DNA of 64,000 nt, taken from NCBI GenBank assembly GCA_012295275.1, contig CM022671.1, positions 20,522,001 to 20,586,000 on the forward strand. Direction: 5' to 3'. The notes under the pieces were generated by a model, which was not told where the DNA came from, searched no databases, and was given only the letters and a program-made list of their open reading frames with translations. Positions within the stretch are counted from its first letter, which is position 1; each line of letters starts with the position of its first letter. Shown one piece after another: positions 41,261-52,797 of this stretch. Both the position numbers and the translations under genes were made by a program. This DNA is from Chrysomallon squamiferum. Lineage: Eukaryota; Animalia; Mollusca.

Positions 41261-44200
41261 CAGCTAAGTGTAATTCAGTAACCTGTACCATAAATTAAAA
41301 AATTGCTAATGCCATATTATAAATTAAGACATTACTGCCTGCTATCTATTTCACCATGGTTCTGACTTCAGTTACTTATTTTTTTCTCACTTGAACATTA
41401 TTAGTGTTTCTCAGTCTCAAATTGGTAATACCATCTACACCACAGTGTTTGTATCTTAGATCACAAACTGGTAATATTGTTAAAACTGCTTTTAATTATA
41501 ATAATAATAATAATTTTATTTTAAATCCATTGACTAGTATTTCAGAAATCACTGTCATTATTTATCCACAAAATTAATGTTAAAAATTAGCATACTCTAT
41601 ACCGATACCGATAATACCAGAGTGTTTATAAATTAATAGCATAATCCATTCAGTAAATTTTAATTTTAAATTGATGAACAATTAATACTATCTATACCAT
41701 AATTTTTGTAATTTAAACTGATAAATTGCTACTGCTATCTATACCTCAATGTGGGTATTGTAATTAACATAATCTATGCCACAAATTGGTAATATTATCT
41801 ATATAACAATGTTAACCTTTTTAAATTAACATACTCCATGTGACAAACGGCTACTACTATCTATATAAATGTTTGTGTATTGTAATTAACATAATCTAAA
41901 CCACTAAGTTTGTATCTCAAACTAACAAACTGCTACTACTCTCTGTACCATAGTGCTTGTATTGCAATTAACATAATCTATACAACAAAGTTTGAATCTC
42001 AGAGTGACAAACTGCTACTTTGGTCTACATGACAGTGTTTGTGTCATAAATTACCACACAGTGTATAGTGTATACATCACGAGGGCTCTGGCTGCCAAGT
42101 TAATATTTAAGAGCCTTTTACCACCACTGTTACAGTTGCAATCTGTTGGTGGTCTCACACAGGGACATTACAATGTGTTTAAGTGGTTACAGGCATGTGT
42201 CTGTGTTCACAGCTGTGTTTCTAGAAGAATACATCTTGCGAGGTGTCAACCTTGAGACACATGATGACAATTTCGGTGATGAATGCCATGCATTTAACAT
42301 GCTTTAATCTGTCCATTGTGACTGGGGATGTTTTATTCTGAATGCTTCCTAATACATTTGCTTCTATTAATCTGTTTGCTCTGGAGGTTGTGACAAATGG
42401 CCTCTTTACAATGACATGGTTTTAATTAGTGTAATGATTGTATCTGATTAATACCTATGTTTTTAATTACTTTTATCAAATGTAATAATCACTGTGATGA
42501 ACTGATGCTAGTCATAACTTGAAAGGATTTTGTTAAAAGGACAAGAAAGAAAGATTTAATTTACCATTTCTTAACCATTTTATTTTTCAGTATCTCATTT
42601 CAATTTTTTTTGGAGATTATTGCCCCAAGGTTGAACTGTATACTATGACAGAAATATAACGAATTATGTGTATTGTAATTTCAAGCATTTATATGGGATA
42701 ACTATATAGATTTTACCTTCATCCAGTGTTGTTTTAATGTTGAAAGGTAACATTACCATTCAAGAATGTGTTAAAAAATATTCTTGTTTTGAAGTTAAAG
42801 ATAACATTTCTTTTTTAAAACAACCATTTTTCTATGGATGAGAGATGACACATCTTAAACTTTGTGAAAGAGCCCTATTTGGAACAGGAGACAACACTTC
42901 CAGTCCAGAAGGAATATTCTTTTTATCGTTTGTCCTTCATTTTTAATACTGATTATTCTGGGTGACTGGTTGATATGTAGTAATACACTGGCATCTTATA
43001 CTTACTTACTCATTACTCATGTTGGTAACTGTTACAGTTAATATACTTAATTTTTGTAGTATGCATTTTGCAGTAATCACTTGATTATATGATTCCTTGT
43101 AAGTATTTCTATCTGCTATATCCTGTCAATATTATTTCATGAACAAATACAAAGTGGATCAGAATTATATAAGGGCATGTATGATTTCCACTGAAATATT
43201 TTTTTGTCAAAGAAGGAACTGAAATATGCTTCAAAGTTAATGGATATAATGCATAAATTATCTTAAAATCATTTCTAAATATTATTTTAAATAAATATGT
43301 ATAAATTTAGTATATTTATTTCAGTCATAAAAGGTTAGTTATGAGCTATCATGTATATACTCATGTTTAATGAACATATGTAGCTTTTCTCTAATTTTGT
43401 TTTTCATTTGCTAGTGTTTTTACAATAATTGAGACAGCAAAAACGTATCCATCATTTTGTCTTTAGCCATCTTTTTTTTTTTCTTGTTTTACTGATAGTC
43501 AGTCACAAGTCCTAAATGAACCTTGAGTGAACTAGATAAATGACAGGAGTAGAGACTCACATGTGTTTAGTAATAATTGCCTAATTTTCAGTCGCAGACT
43601 ATAGGGTGTTGGGGTTCATTTCCCATTGGAGGTCTATTGCTGTGCTCTTTCTGTGAGATAGAATTATCTCTCTAACCTGGGCATCTGTCCATTTCCATGT
43701 AAATAAGCTCATTTGTTAAAGAACTGACCAGAAGGTTTGGATCTGTTGTTTTGGAAGGAAGAATTTAACCTACGAAAGGATCTGATAGTTTCAGATAAAT
43801 CAAGCTTAGGTGGCTCGTTTGTGAAAAAGAAATGTTAAGAAAGTCATGATTAGAAGTTTGGAATACCTTAATTAACGTTGTGTAATAGATGTAATTGAGT
43901 TTGAATGTGAAAGTGATCTCTAGATGTATTCCACTGAATGTGGAAATAATGTTATAAAGATGTTATCTGGAATACCTTGTTAATGGTGTATTTTACTTGC
44001 TTTGTTTAGTGCTGTTGGCTTTGGCTCTTTGTGTATATGTGTGTATGTTTGTGTGTCTGAACAAAAGAGACACAGAGGGAGAGATGAGGGTCTGAATGTC
44101 TGTTTAAATGTGACTTTTTATATTCTTTTTCCATCTTTCATATACACTTTTTGAATTGTTTCATATACTGTTTTCTTCTAAACACTTACTTCCTTCTTTC

Positions 44201-45105
44201 TTTTTTTCAACATCTTAATATCAGTGACTGTGTACTGACAAGTGCAGAGAGTGCATTTATGTTTATGTATATTTATGATGTAAGAATTCATGTTTATAAC
44301 TCATGTATTCCTCCACAGTTAATTCAGTGACCTTTCTAAACCCATTTAACTTACACCATCATTCATCTTGCCACCTCACAACATGTATAAATATTCAAGC
44401 AGGGCTGATGACAATCACAGTTGTTAACTCTTACACCCACAATTTGCACTAAACTAATGATTCTTGGTTATATATAAAAAAAGAAAAAAAAAAAGAACCC
44501 ACAACAATAATTTACACAGGGAGAGATAGGATCTGTGTTAAGCATATTCTTCTAAATGTGCACAGAGTGTGACAAACACAGATACAGACAGTCACCTTAA
44601 CTGACCCATTTTTAAACAGAGTCGCATCACCTGGAGGTCTCATCATGCTTTAATCGCTTCTCGTTAAAAAGGGGGTGGAGGAAAGTCTCATGTCTTGTTG
44701 CATCATTATGTTTTCCGTCAGAGTTTATAATCGTCATAGCGAGGAGAATAATGATCATAACATATCAGCTTTCTTTTCATTTTCTTCTTCCTTATTTAAC
44801 TGTACTCCACCTGGCTACATGTCAAACATGTTGTGGTCAATCTGACCTGGTTTTATACAATCACTGAATGGAGGATACCACTGGCTGAAGAAGACATTAC
44901 AGTTGTGAGGGAAGGAAGAAAAGTTTCTGTTTCATTCTGCTCTCAACACATTTCTAAATATACAGTTATTTGGAGTAATATATTTGGTTTATCACCATGC
45001 AGATAATGAAACAAAGAATCCCACCTGATTGGATACAGTTTGAAGCAAGGTAATGTGAAGATATAATGTATAGTTAGACTAAAGATTTTTTTTCTCCTAT
45101 CTCAG

Positions 45106-45114
45106 TGGCCTGAG
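45106..45114 (+). CDS. Candidate 9-nt microexon (TGG CCT GAG = WPE) in the phase-0 intron between exons A and B
   Basis: gactaaag branch-like motif, pyrimidine tract tttttttttctcctatctcag, then 9 nt, then consensus donor GAG|gtgagt. It is stop-free in phase 0, the phase of the surrounding intron. Confidence 0.3.
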
Positions 45115-45535
45115 GTGAGTTGAGTATTTTTAATTAATTTTTTTTATTATTATTATCATCACTTAGTTTTCAAGTTGAATAGAATATAGAGCTTTTGTTT
45201 TTGGTACCTCTTTATCATTTCCAATTTATTAAAAATCAGGTGTTGATTGTTGGATTTATTCAGAAGGTTTTCACTTTTGAATAAGCATCCTGTTTATCTC
45301 AGTTTAGTTTTAAAGGCCTGTAGATCATGTGACTTTAATTATAACTATGTACTACATTGTTTTGGGAATTTTTTATTTAATGTTTTAAGCTTTGTTTTGA
45401 AGGTCGATATATTTTAATGGCTTTTGATAATGGAATGTAATTTTTTTTTTTTTTTAATTTTAAAATTGAGTATATTATGCAGCTTTTTATAATAGTATTT
45501 CATATTGGATTTCTTTCTTTCTTTCTTTCACTTAG

Positions 45536-45617
45536 ATTATTATTATTATTATTATTATTATACCGTATTTGTATAGCACCTTTTCCATACTATGTAACTT
45601 CAAGGATGCTTTACAGC
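45536..45617 (-). mobile_element. Probable 3' tail remnant of an L2-clade LINE or derived SINE
   Basis: The minus strand reads gctgtaaagcatccttgaag...tggaaaaggtgctatacaaatacggta(taa)n. This resembles the tgtaaagcgc...aagcgctatataaat + (TAA)n terminus of L2-type elements. Resemblance by eye only. Confidence 0.4.
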
Positions 45618-45706
45618 TTCAATTAATAAATTAAAATACAAAAAGACTTGGACATAAACATATTAAAGAAAATGTAAATGTAATGGTGTAAACATATTTA
45701 TTTATT

Positions 45707-45760
<54 letters not shown>

Positions 45761-45845
45761 GTGATTTTTGGAGATTTAACAACAGATTTACAAGGGATGT
45801 GAAGAAAGCTTCAGAAGTAAGAACTTTTTGATATCCTCACATAAG

Positions 45846-45923
45846 CCATGATAGAGGCTGGTCTCTTTTGGTGCCTAGATTTAATGTGCTCTAGCACCAT
45901 TTGAAATCAGTTTCTTGAAGTGG
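45846..45923 (+). ncRNA. mir-29a: pre-miRNA, Mir-29 family, miR-29a/c-like paralog; mature 3p 45892-45913 UAGCACCAUUUGAAAUCAGUUU; 5p arm ~45857-45879
   Basis: Miir-29 mature sequence is present intact. The 5p arm gcuggucucuuuuggugccuaga resembles miR-29a-5p (ACUGAUUUCUUUUGGUGUUCAG), including the UUU/UUU internal loop. The stem runs agaggctggt/atcagtttct, tggtgc/gcacca and taga/tcta. UGUG lies in the apical loop and CNNC (CAAC) at 45930-45933 is 17 nt past the mature 3' end. Confidence 0.95.
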
Positions 45924-46498
45924 AATAATCAACAGAACTCTTCTTACAGACACCCATTGCCCCTTTTGTGTCATATAATTTAATTTTGTGTTTGATATTT
46001 TAGAAAGATGACCCATTTCTTATTTTTTTTCATTTGGTTTGTTTTTGATTTTTTTTTTTCTTTTTCTTTTGTCATTATTTAATACATAATGTAATTTAAT
46101 TTCAGGCCTAATTTATATCTTCAGATTAAGTTTTGCATATATATATATATACACACACACACAGATATATGTTTTATATTATAGTTCATTACCTAGAATT
46201 GTTTACCAATGTATGATACACAACATACATACTTACATACCTGTCTGACAGACAAGAACAACACACACACACACACAAAAGGTGTGAATTCATTCAGCTT
46301 ATTTTTTTGCATACCATAACTGTTTTATTTAAGCTGATAGGGCTTATTTAAAGTTTTTAATAATCTGGGATCAACTCTTTTGCGACTAATTAGCATCTTT
46401 AATAAGGCTTAATAGAGAAAACAGAGATTATTTCTTTTAATTTTTGCATTTATATTTTGTATTTTATTTAATGTTAAGCTTTGAAAAATTCCTGTCAC

Positions 46499-46504
<6 letters not shown>

Positions 46505-46567
<63 letters not shown>
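46505..46567. repeat. (AG)n microsatellite
   Basis: Seen directly. Confidence 0.97.
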
Positions 46568-46571
<4 letters not shown>

Positions 46572-48610
46572 AATATTGATATGATATGATACTGCAGTGT
46601 TCACTGTTTGGCCCAATGCTCTTTATAATCTTTATTGATAATCATTATCTATGTGGTCAGTTTAAGAAGTCTTAATATGTTTATAAGAGAAAAGTCAATT
46701 GTTCATTAATACACTCAGTAATACCAGTATTTATTTAATTAATGGAAAACTGGTGTATTTTTACTACAGATACCTTGAATTCTTGTTAAAGTAAATTATC
46801 CAGCATGGAAAAAAAAAATAATATAAAATAAATTTTTGTCTCCCTGGATTTAAGATGTTGTTTAAGCTCATGCTTTAAGATTATAATATAATAAATATAA
46901 AAACAAACAAATTAAAGGAATTTATGAATGTAAATTTTTTAAGTGTGACTTAAAAAATATATATATATATATATATTTAATTCTTTATTATGTTTGGGAT
47001 TTTTATTCCTTTTACTAAAGAGCATCTTATGCATATAAATATATTATTAAATTTTATTTTTCCTTTTTTAATATTTATAAATACTTATTTTTAAGAATAA
47101 TAATCCATTTGTCATGTCAGCTAATTATGGGTTAATGATAATTTATTGCCTTGCACTTTGCACTAGTGTTACATGAAAAGAATGGGATTAACCTGTACTT
47201 AGTAACCTTCTATAAATAAAGTGTTTGTTGAAGATATTAATAAATGTTTTTGTCAGTTTCATTTACAATGCTTTGCTGAAGTTCTTTCACAAATGTCAGT
47301 ATCTCATTGGAGAGCATTATGTCCCTTTTGTAATCCACTTTAAAGGGAAAATATTCTATTTAGCTTGGTTAAATGGGCATTATACTTACAATCTGGATTA
47401 ATAAGCAGTTTTTCAGTATACACATTATAAAGCTTTCCTTTTTGGAAAATGTTTCTTTTTAGCTACATTAACAGATCTGAAGGTCTGGTTTTATGGCAGC
47501 CATATTTAGTTGTCATAGTAATGTTAATCTCTTCTGTTAAGGAGGGGACATTCACCAATGATATTATTGATGGGTGGTTTATTGATAGGTAGTAAAACAT
47601 TAGTGAGATATTGAAGGAAAAAAAAAAAAACAGGTCTGGACAGGTTAGTTACCATGGAGATGTCACAAAATATGTATATTCAACCTTTTCAGTCTCTTTC
47701 TCCTTTTTCTTAAGAGACCTCTCAAGTATATTAATCCATGAAATAGTTCAGAGTAATAAACCAGGAAGATATGTTTTCATTTATGCACTGGTTTTAATTG
47801 TCTTATTATTGAAACTTAACTCATGTGTTATGCTTGTAGATGAGCTGTTCATAGTGTAGACTTTAACAAGAAGTTTTGTCACTGTCCTTATCAAAATGTG
47901 TACTGAATCATTTCATGACTGACTAAGTAAACTAGAAAGATCTTTTGTTAACAGATATTCCCACGATGACTATGCGTATCTTGGCTACACTATTTCTTAA
48001 CACATTTTTTATTTAAATCTTTTATTTTTTTTTTTTTTTTGCACTTAATATTTTAGATCTACTGACACTAAATTTGTTGACAAAAGGTATTTTCATTAGA
48101 GGTTATCTAAACCATAATAAATTTTATTAAATTTTAACTTTTCCAATTTTACATTTCTTCCACAATCCATTAACTTGTTCTGTCTTGTTAATATTAATTT
48201 ATTCTTTATCTTTTTATGTTAATAAATTTACTCTCCCCTTGATATTAATGCACTGTTATAGTTTGCAATATAAAATTCATTTATTCTCTCCTTTAAAATT
48301 AATTTATTCTGTAATATAATTATGTATTTTTCATCCACAACAAACTGAAAGAACAAATAGAAATGAATGTTTTATTATTGAGTTCTCTTAGTTTTATTAT
48401 TTTATTTTATTGTTTATTTATTTATTTATTTATTTATATTTATATTTATATTTATATTTATATTTTATTTAATTTAATTTTTAATTTTTTTGTTTATTTT
48501 ATTTTTTGTATGTATGTGTGGATGGAACAATGGAATGATGGATGTATGTTCTCTATCATTATCACCATCATTGTCATCCTCAACAACACATTCTTTTAAC
48601 TGTTTTGCAG

Positions 48611-48662
48611 CAAAATGAAGATGAATCAAGTTCCAGAAGACTGAGTGCTAAATCCTCACTAG
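48611..48662 (+). CDS. Internal coding exon B (52 nt, phase 0-1); QNEDESSSRRLSAKSSL + g
   Basis: Acceptor cacattcttttaactgttttgcag and donor TAG|gtattt. It supplies exactly the 0-to-1 phase change needed to join exon A to exon C, giving ...IKEEE-QNEDESSSRRLSAKSSL-D-DQRKDS... Confidence 0.55.
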
Positions 48663-48748
48663 GTATTTCATTTTTTTAAATGTTATTACCTAACTGACAT
48701 AAATTATTTTTTTTATCAGTAACAGAGACAAACAGGTATGTACTCATG

Positions 48749-48750
<2 letters not shown>

Positions 48751-48825
<75 letters not shown>

Positions 48826-48841
48826 ACACACACACACACAA
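48751..48841. repeat. (CT)n-(CA)n microsatellite
   Basis: Seen directly. Confidence 0.97.
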
Positions 48842-49799
48842 ACATATACACAAAAACACATGCATACACAACTGTGCATCATGAAATTTTTGTGTCAACC
48901 AGTGGGCTGAAAAGATATTCTGCCATTAGAGTTATGTACCTTGAATAATTTATGCAAATCTTCGAATCATTTTCTTGCAAGAAGAAGAATAATAATTTTC
49001 TCTCTCTTTCTTTTTGCTATTTTTCGCTATTGATTATGGAAACTCTGCTGTTTTCTTTATATTAATGGCTCTCACTTGATATTGGGAAAAGAATCATGAG
49101 TACGACTTAACTAGCAGAATGATTGATAGCAACAAGGTTATAATGTTCCCCGAACACAGTTCTCGGCAACGTCTTTATTTGCATATCCTATTAACTTACG
49201 TATTTACAAGCCAATTAACTGTGGTGCCATTTTGGTCAAAAGTGTGGTAACTGTTTTTTCAGCAGCAGTCTACAATAGACAGGGAATATTCCATTTTTAA
49301 GAGTTTTCTTTCTATTTCCAATAGCAGTCATCAGTATTACATCTTCAGTAATTCCATATTCTTCCAGTTTTCTTGTAGATTTCCAGAGTAATAAATTCAT
49401 TATTAGATTTATTTGCTACTGTTCTGGGATATTCAAAATGTTGGGATTCATCTTTGAGTTTTTGTCTGAAATTTCTGACAGATTTCTTTGTTGTTTTGAT
49501 GAAAATTTGATAAAAAAAATATATAATAATAATAATAATCAATAAATAAAAAAAGTCCCTTATGATTCTTTTACTTAAAATATTATTTATAAACACTTAT
49601 ATTTGTGAAATAAATTAATATAAAGAATACTATTAAAATCCAAATATTAATAGCTGTGTAATATATTATGAATATATCTTTAGGTATTGGTGTGTGTGCA
49701 TGTGTCTATGTCAGTCTGTGATTTCTGTAAAAGTCTTAAAGGTAACACGGTACCAAATTCCTGTCCATACCAATATCCAATTAATATGTGATAAAATGG

Positions 49800-49975
49800 A
49801 GTGTACAATGTATGATGGTATATGTCTGCTGTGATATCAGAACATTTGTATATGTACAGTGCATAATGCATTCTAGACCTGCTGTGACATCGGAACATCT
49901 GTATTTGCACAGTGCATGATGGTATTCAATACCTGCTGTGATGTCACAACATCTATATGTGTACAATGCTTGATA
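49800..49975. repeat. ~53-bp tandem repeat, about 3 copies
   Basis: tgctgtga(t/c)atc(a/g)gaacat(t/c)tgtat...acagtgcat units start at 49827, 49880 and 49934. Confidence 0.85.
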
Positions 49976-52272
49976 GTTCAGCCTTCAGTTTATGTAAACA
50001 ATGCTTGTAATTACAGTGGAGACAACTTATTCTCCTTTGACTTAACAAAATAACTGATTAAAATAATTTCATTTGTTTCCCTCACAAGAATCTTCCAGTG
50101 GGAGGTCAGTATTCGTGTTCAGAGAGATAATTTCTCTAGGGAATACATGTGTATAATATATCAGTATAATTGTGTATAAAGTTCTCAATATCTATCTAAC
50201 CAGTGCTCATTTCATTTGTTTTCTTTCACTTTCTCTATATTCTGTCACTTTTCTGTCTCTCTTTAAAGCTGCCTGTCTGTCTCCCTTTCTCTCTCTATTG
50301 TATATCTTTATTCTCCAAAATTCACTATTTTTTCTCTCATTTCTGCCTCTGACACTCTCTTTTTTTTTTTTTTTTTTTTGCTATTTCTCTTTTTCTCTCT
50401 CCTTCATCTGTGCTTTTTTCTTTCTCTCTCCTTCCATCTGTCCTCATCCTCTCCTTCATTTCTCTCTCATTTTCATTCTTTCTGCATGTGTTTGTGTAAC
50501 CATTTGTTCTCACTTGAAACAACATGTTAGACAGTCCATACACATTATCTATCATGCAGCAAGATCACAACAACATTAATATTTAAAGTGAAATGCCGTT
50601 ACAGTACAGTTGAATCACATGTCATATTGATGCAATGTTTTATACTGAAAACACCCACTGATAAGTGTTTTCACTTACACTATGATTATTGTTGGAGTCT
50701 TTTTGTGTCTAAGTAAATAAAATCTTGTTATTAAATACCTATGTTTCAAAGGTATCAAACTAATAAAACTAATAAAAATATTTTACAATGTTTCTGAATA
50801 GTTTAAGAAGTACAATAATAAGCATTCTTGATTAAAAATTCAACAAAAACAGAGGGGAATCAAGAGATTAATGAACTAGATACTAAATGCCTAGATTCAG
50901 TTGCAAAAATAGCAAACATAATAAACAGATTAATGAACCAGATATTTGTTTTACCTAAATACCATTTTAAATTCCAGATCAGTTTTGAAAATAGCATACA
51001 TAGGTATAATGAAAAGATTAGCTAAATTTAATTTTATTTATTAAATCAGTTTCACAAAATTGCATTTGTAGGTGTAATAAAGAGGTTAATAAACAAGACA
51101 CAGCTTATCTAAATTCAGTTTTATATATTTAATCAATTTCAAAAGTAGCATTGAGATGGTGATCAGCAGATTAACAAACCAGATATTACACACCTGAATT
51201 CAACTTTATATATCTCACTTCTTACATAACCATCTTATTACATCTCAGTTATTAGCTTTATATTAAAAATATTGCTTTTATTCTGGATACATTAATTTCA
51301 TGTTATATTAATTAGAGGATATTTTTAAAAATAACATCAGAGTTAATGAATGTGTTAATGAACTAAATGCTGTATATTACATTCAGCTAAAGAAAAAAAA
51401 AATAAACATATATAATAAATAATAATAATAATAATAAATTAAAATAATACAATAACAACTAATATATAAAATTAAAAATAACTGCAAAAACAAATAATAA
51501 TAATAATGGTAATAATAATAACAACAACAACAACAACAACAATTCAAAATGTAACAAGTAAAACTAAAAATTAACAACAAAAACTCTTCCAACAACACCT
51601 TGTCTGTAGAACTACCCCAGAACTCAACAAAACAAAACAAAAACCCAATACTGTGTATCCCACCAAAAAACCCACAAACAAAACTCAAATGTGAAAAAAA
51701 AAAAAATTAATAATAATAGTAAAACATTTTGTTAAAATATGAAACATTATAATAAAAAAAAAAATAAATAAATAAATAAAAATTAAAAAATGTAAATCAA
51801 TAATTAATTTAATTTGGGATAAAAAATTTCTGCTTCAGAAACTCACTCCAACATGTACTTGATCATTGCAATTTATTTTTCAAATAATAATTTACATAAA
51901 ACATTCATTTTATTAATATTTTATTGAGCTAATTTTTATGTACTTACATGTTTATGATTTTTACATATTTTGTACTTATATGGTAATGTGCTGACTCATT
52001 TCAGTGTAAAAATAAGTACAATAATATTTTAAATGTTTTTGCAGTTCGTTCGCACTTTCTGATTTTTTGGCATGTACATGTCTAAGTGTGTGTATATGTA
52101 CATGTGTATGTACACACACACACACACACACATATAAAATCTCTTCATATATATTTCAGTAAGAAGTAATAAATTAAGAGACAACAATAATACTTTAATG
52201 TGGTTGATTAAAAATTAATAATAATAGTAAATAAGTAAAAATAAAATAAAATTAAATAAATAAAAATAGATG

Positions 52273-52303
<31 letters not shown>

Positions 52304-52733
52304 AAATAAATAAATAAAAAGGCTCATTTTTTACCACTCTCTGTTTACCCTCAAAACAGTTACATTGTGGATCAGTGGTAAGAGAACCATTCTGAAATAT
52401 CAGGGTCTGTGCATTTTTACCTACTTTATCAAAGTCTGTGATGTCTTTCTGTGGGAAGTTACATCTAACATAGTTATTGCTGCTAATCTGTATGAGAAGC
52501 CCATGAAATAAGGATAGTTGTTTATATTTCATTTCATAGCTAATAGAAATGCTCGTTAAACATGCCAAGGAAATTATTTGGAAGGGAGAAATGAAACATG
52601 AGGATTTAATCTAATTTATTCATATTAATTTTATTTATTTATTTATTTATTGAAAAGGCATTGCTATTAAAGTGTTTAAAAATAAATGGTTAATAAAATG
52701 GCTGATTTATATTTTTTGTAAAGACAAAATGGC

Positions 52734-52797
<64 letters not shown>

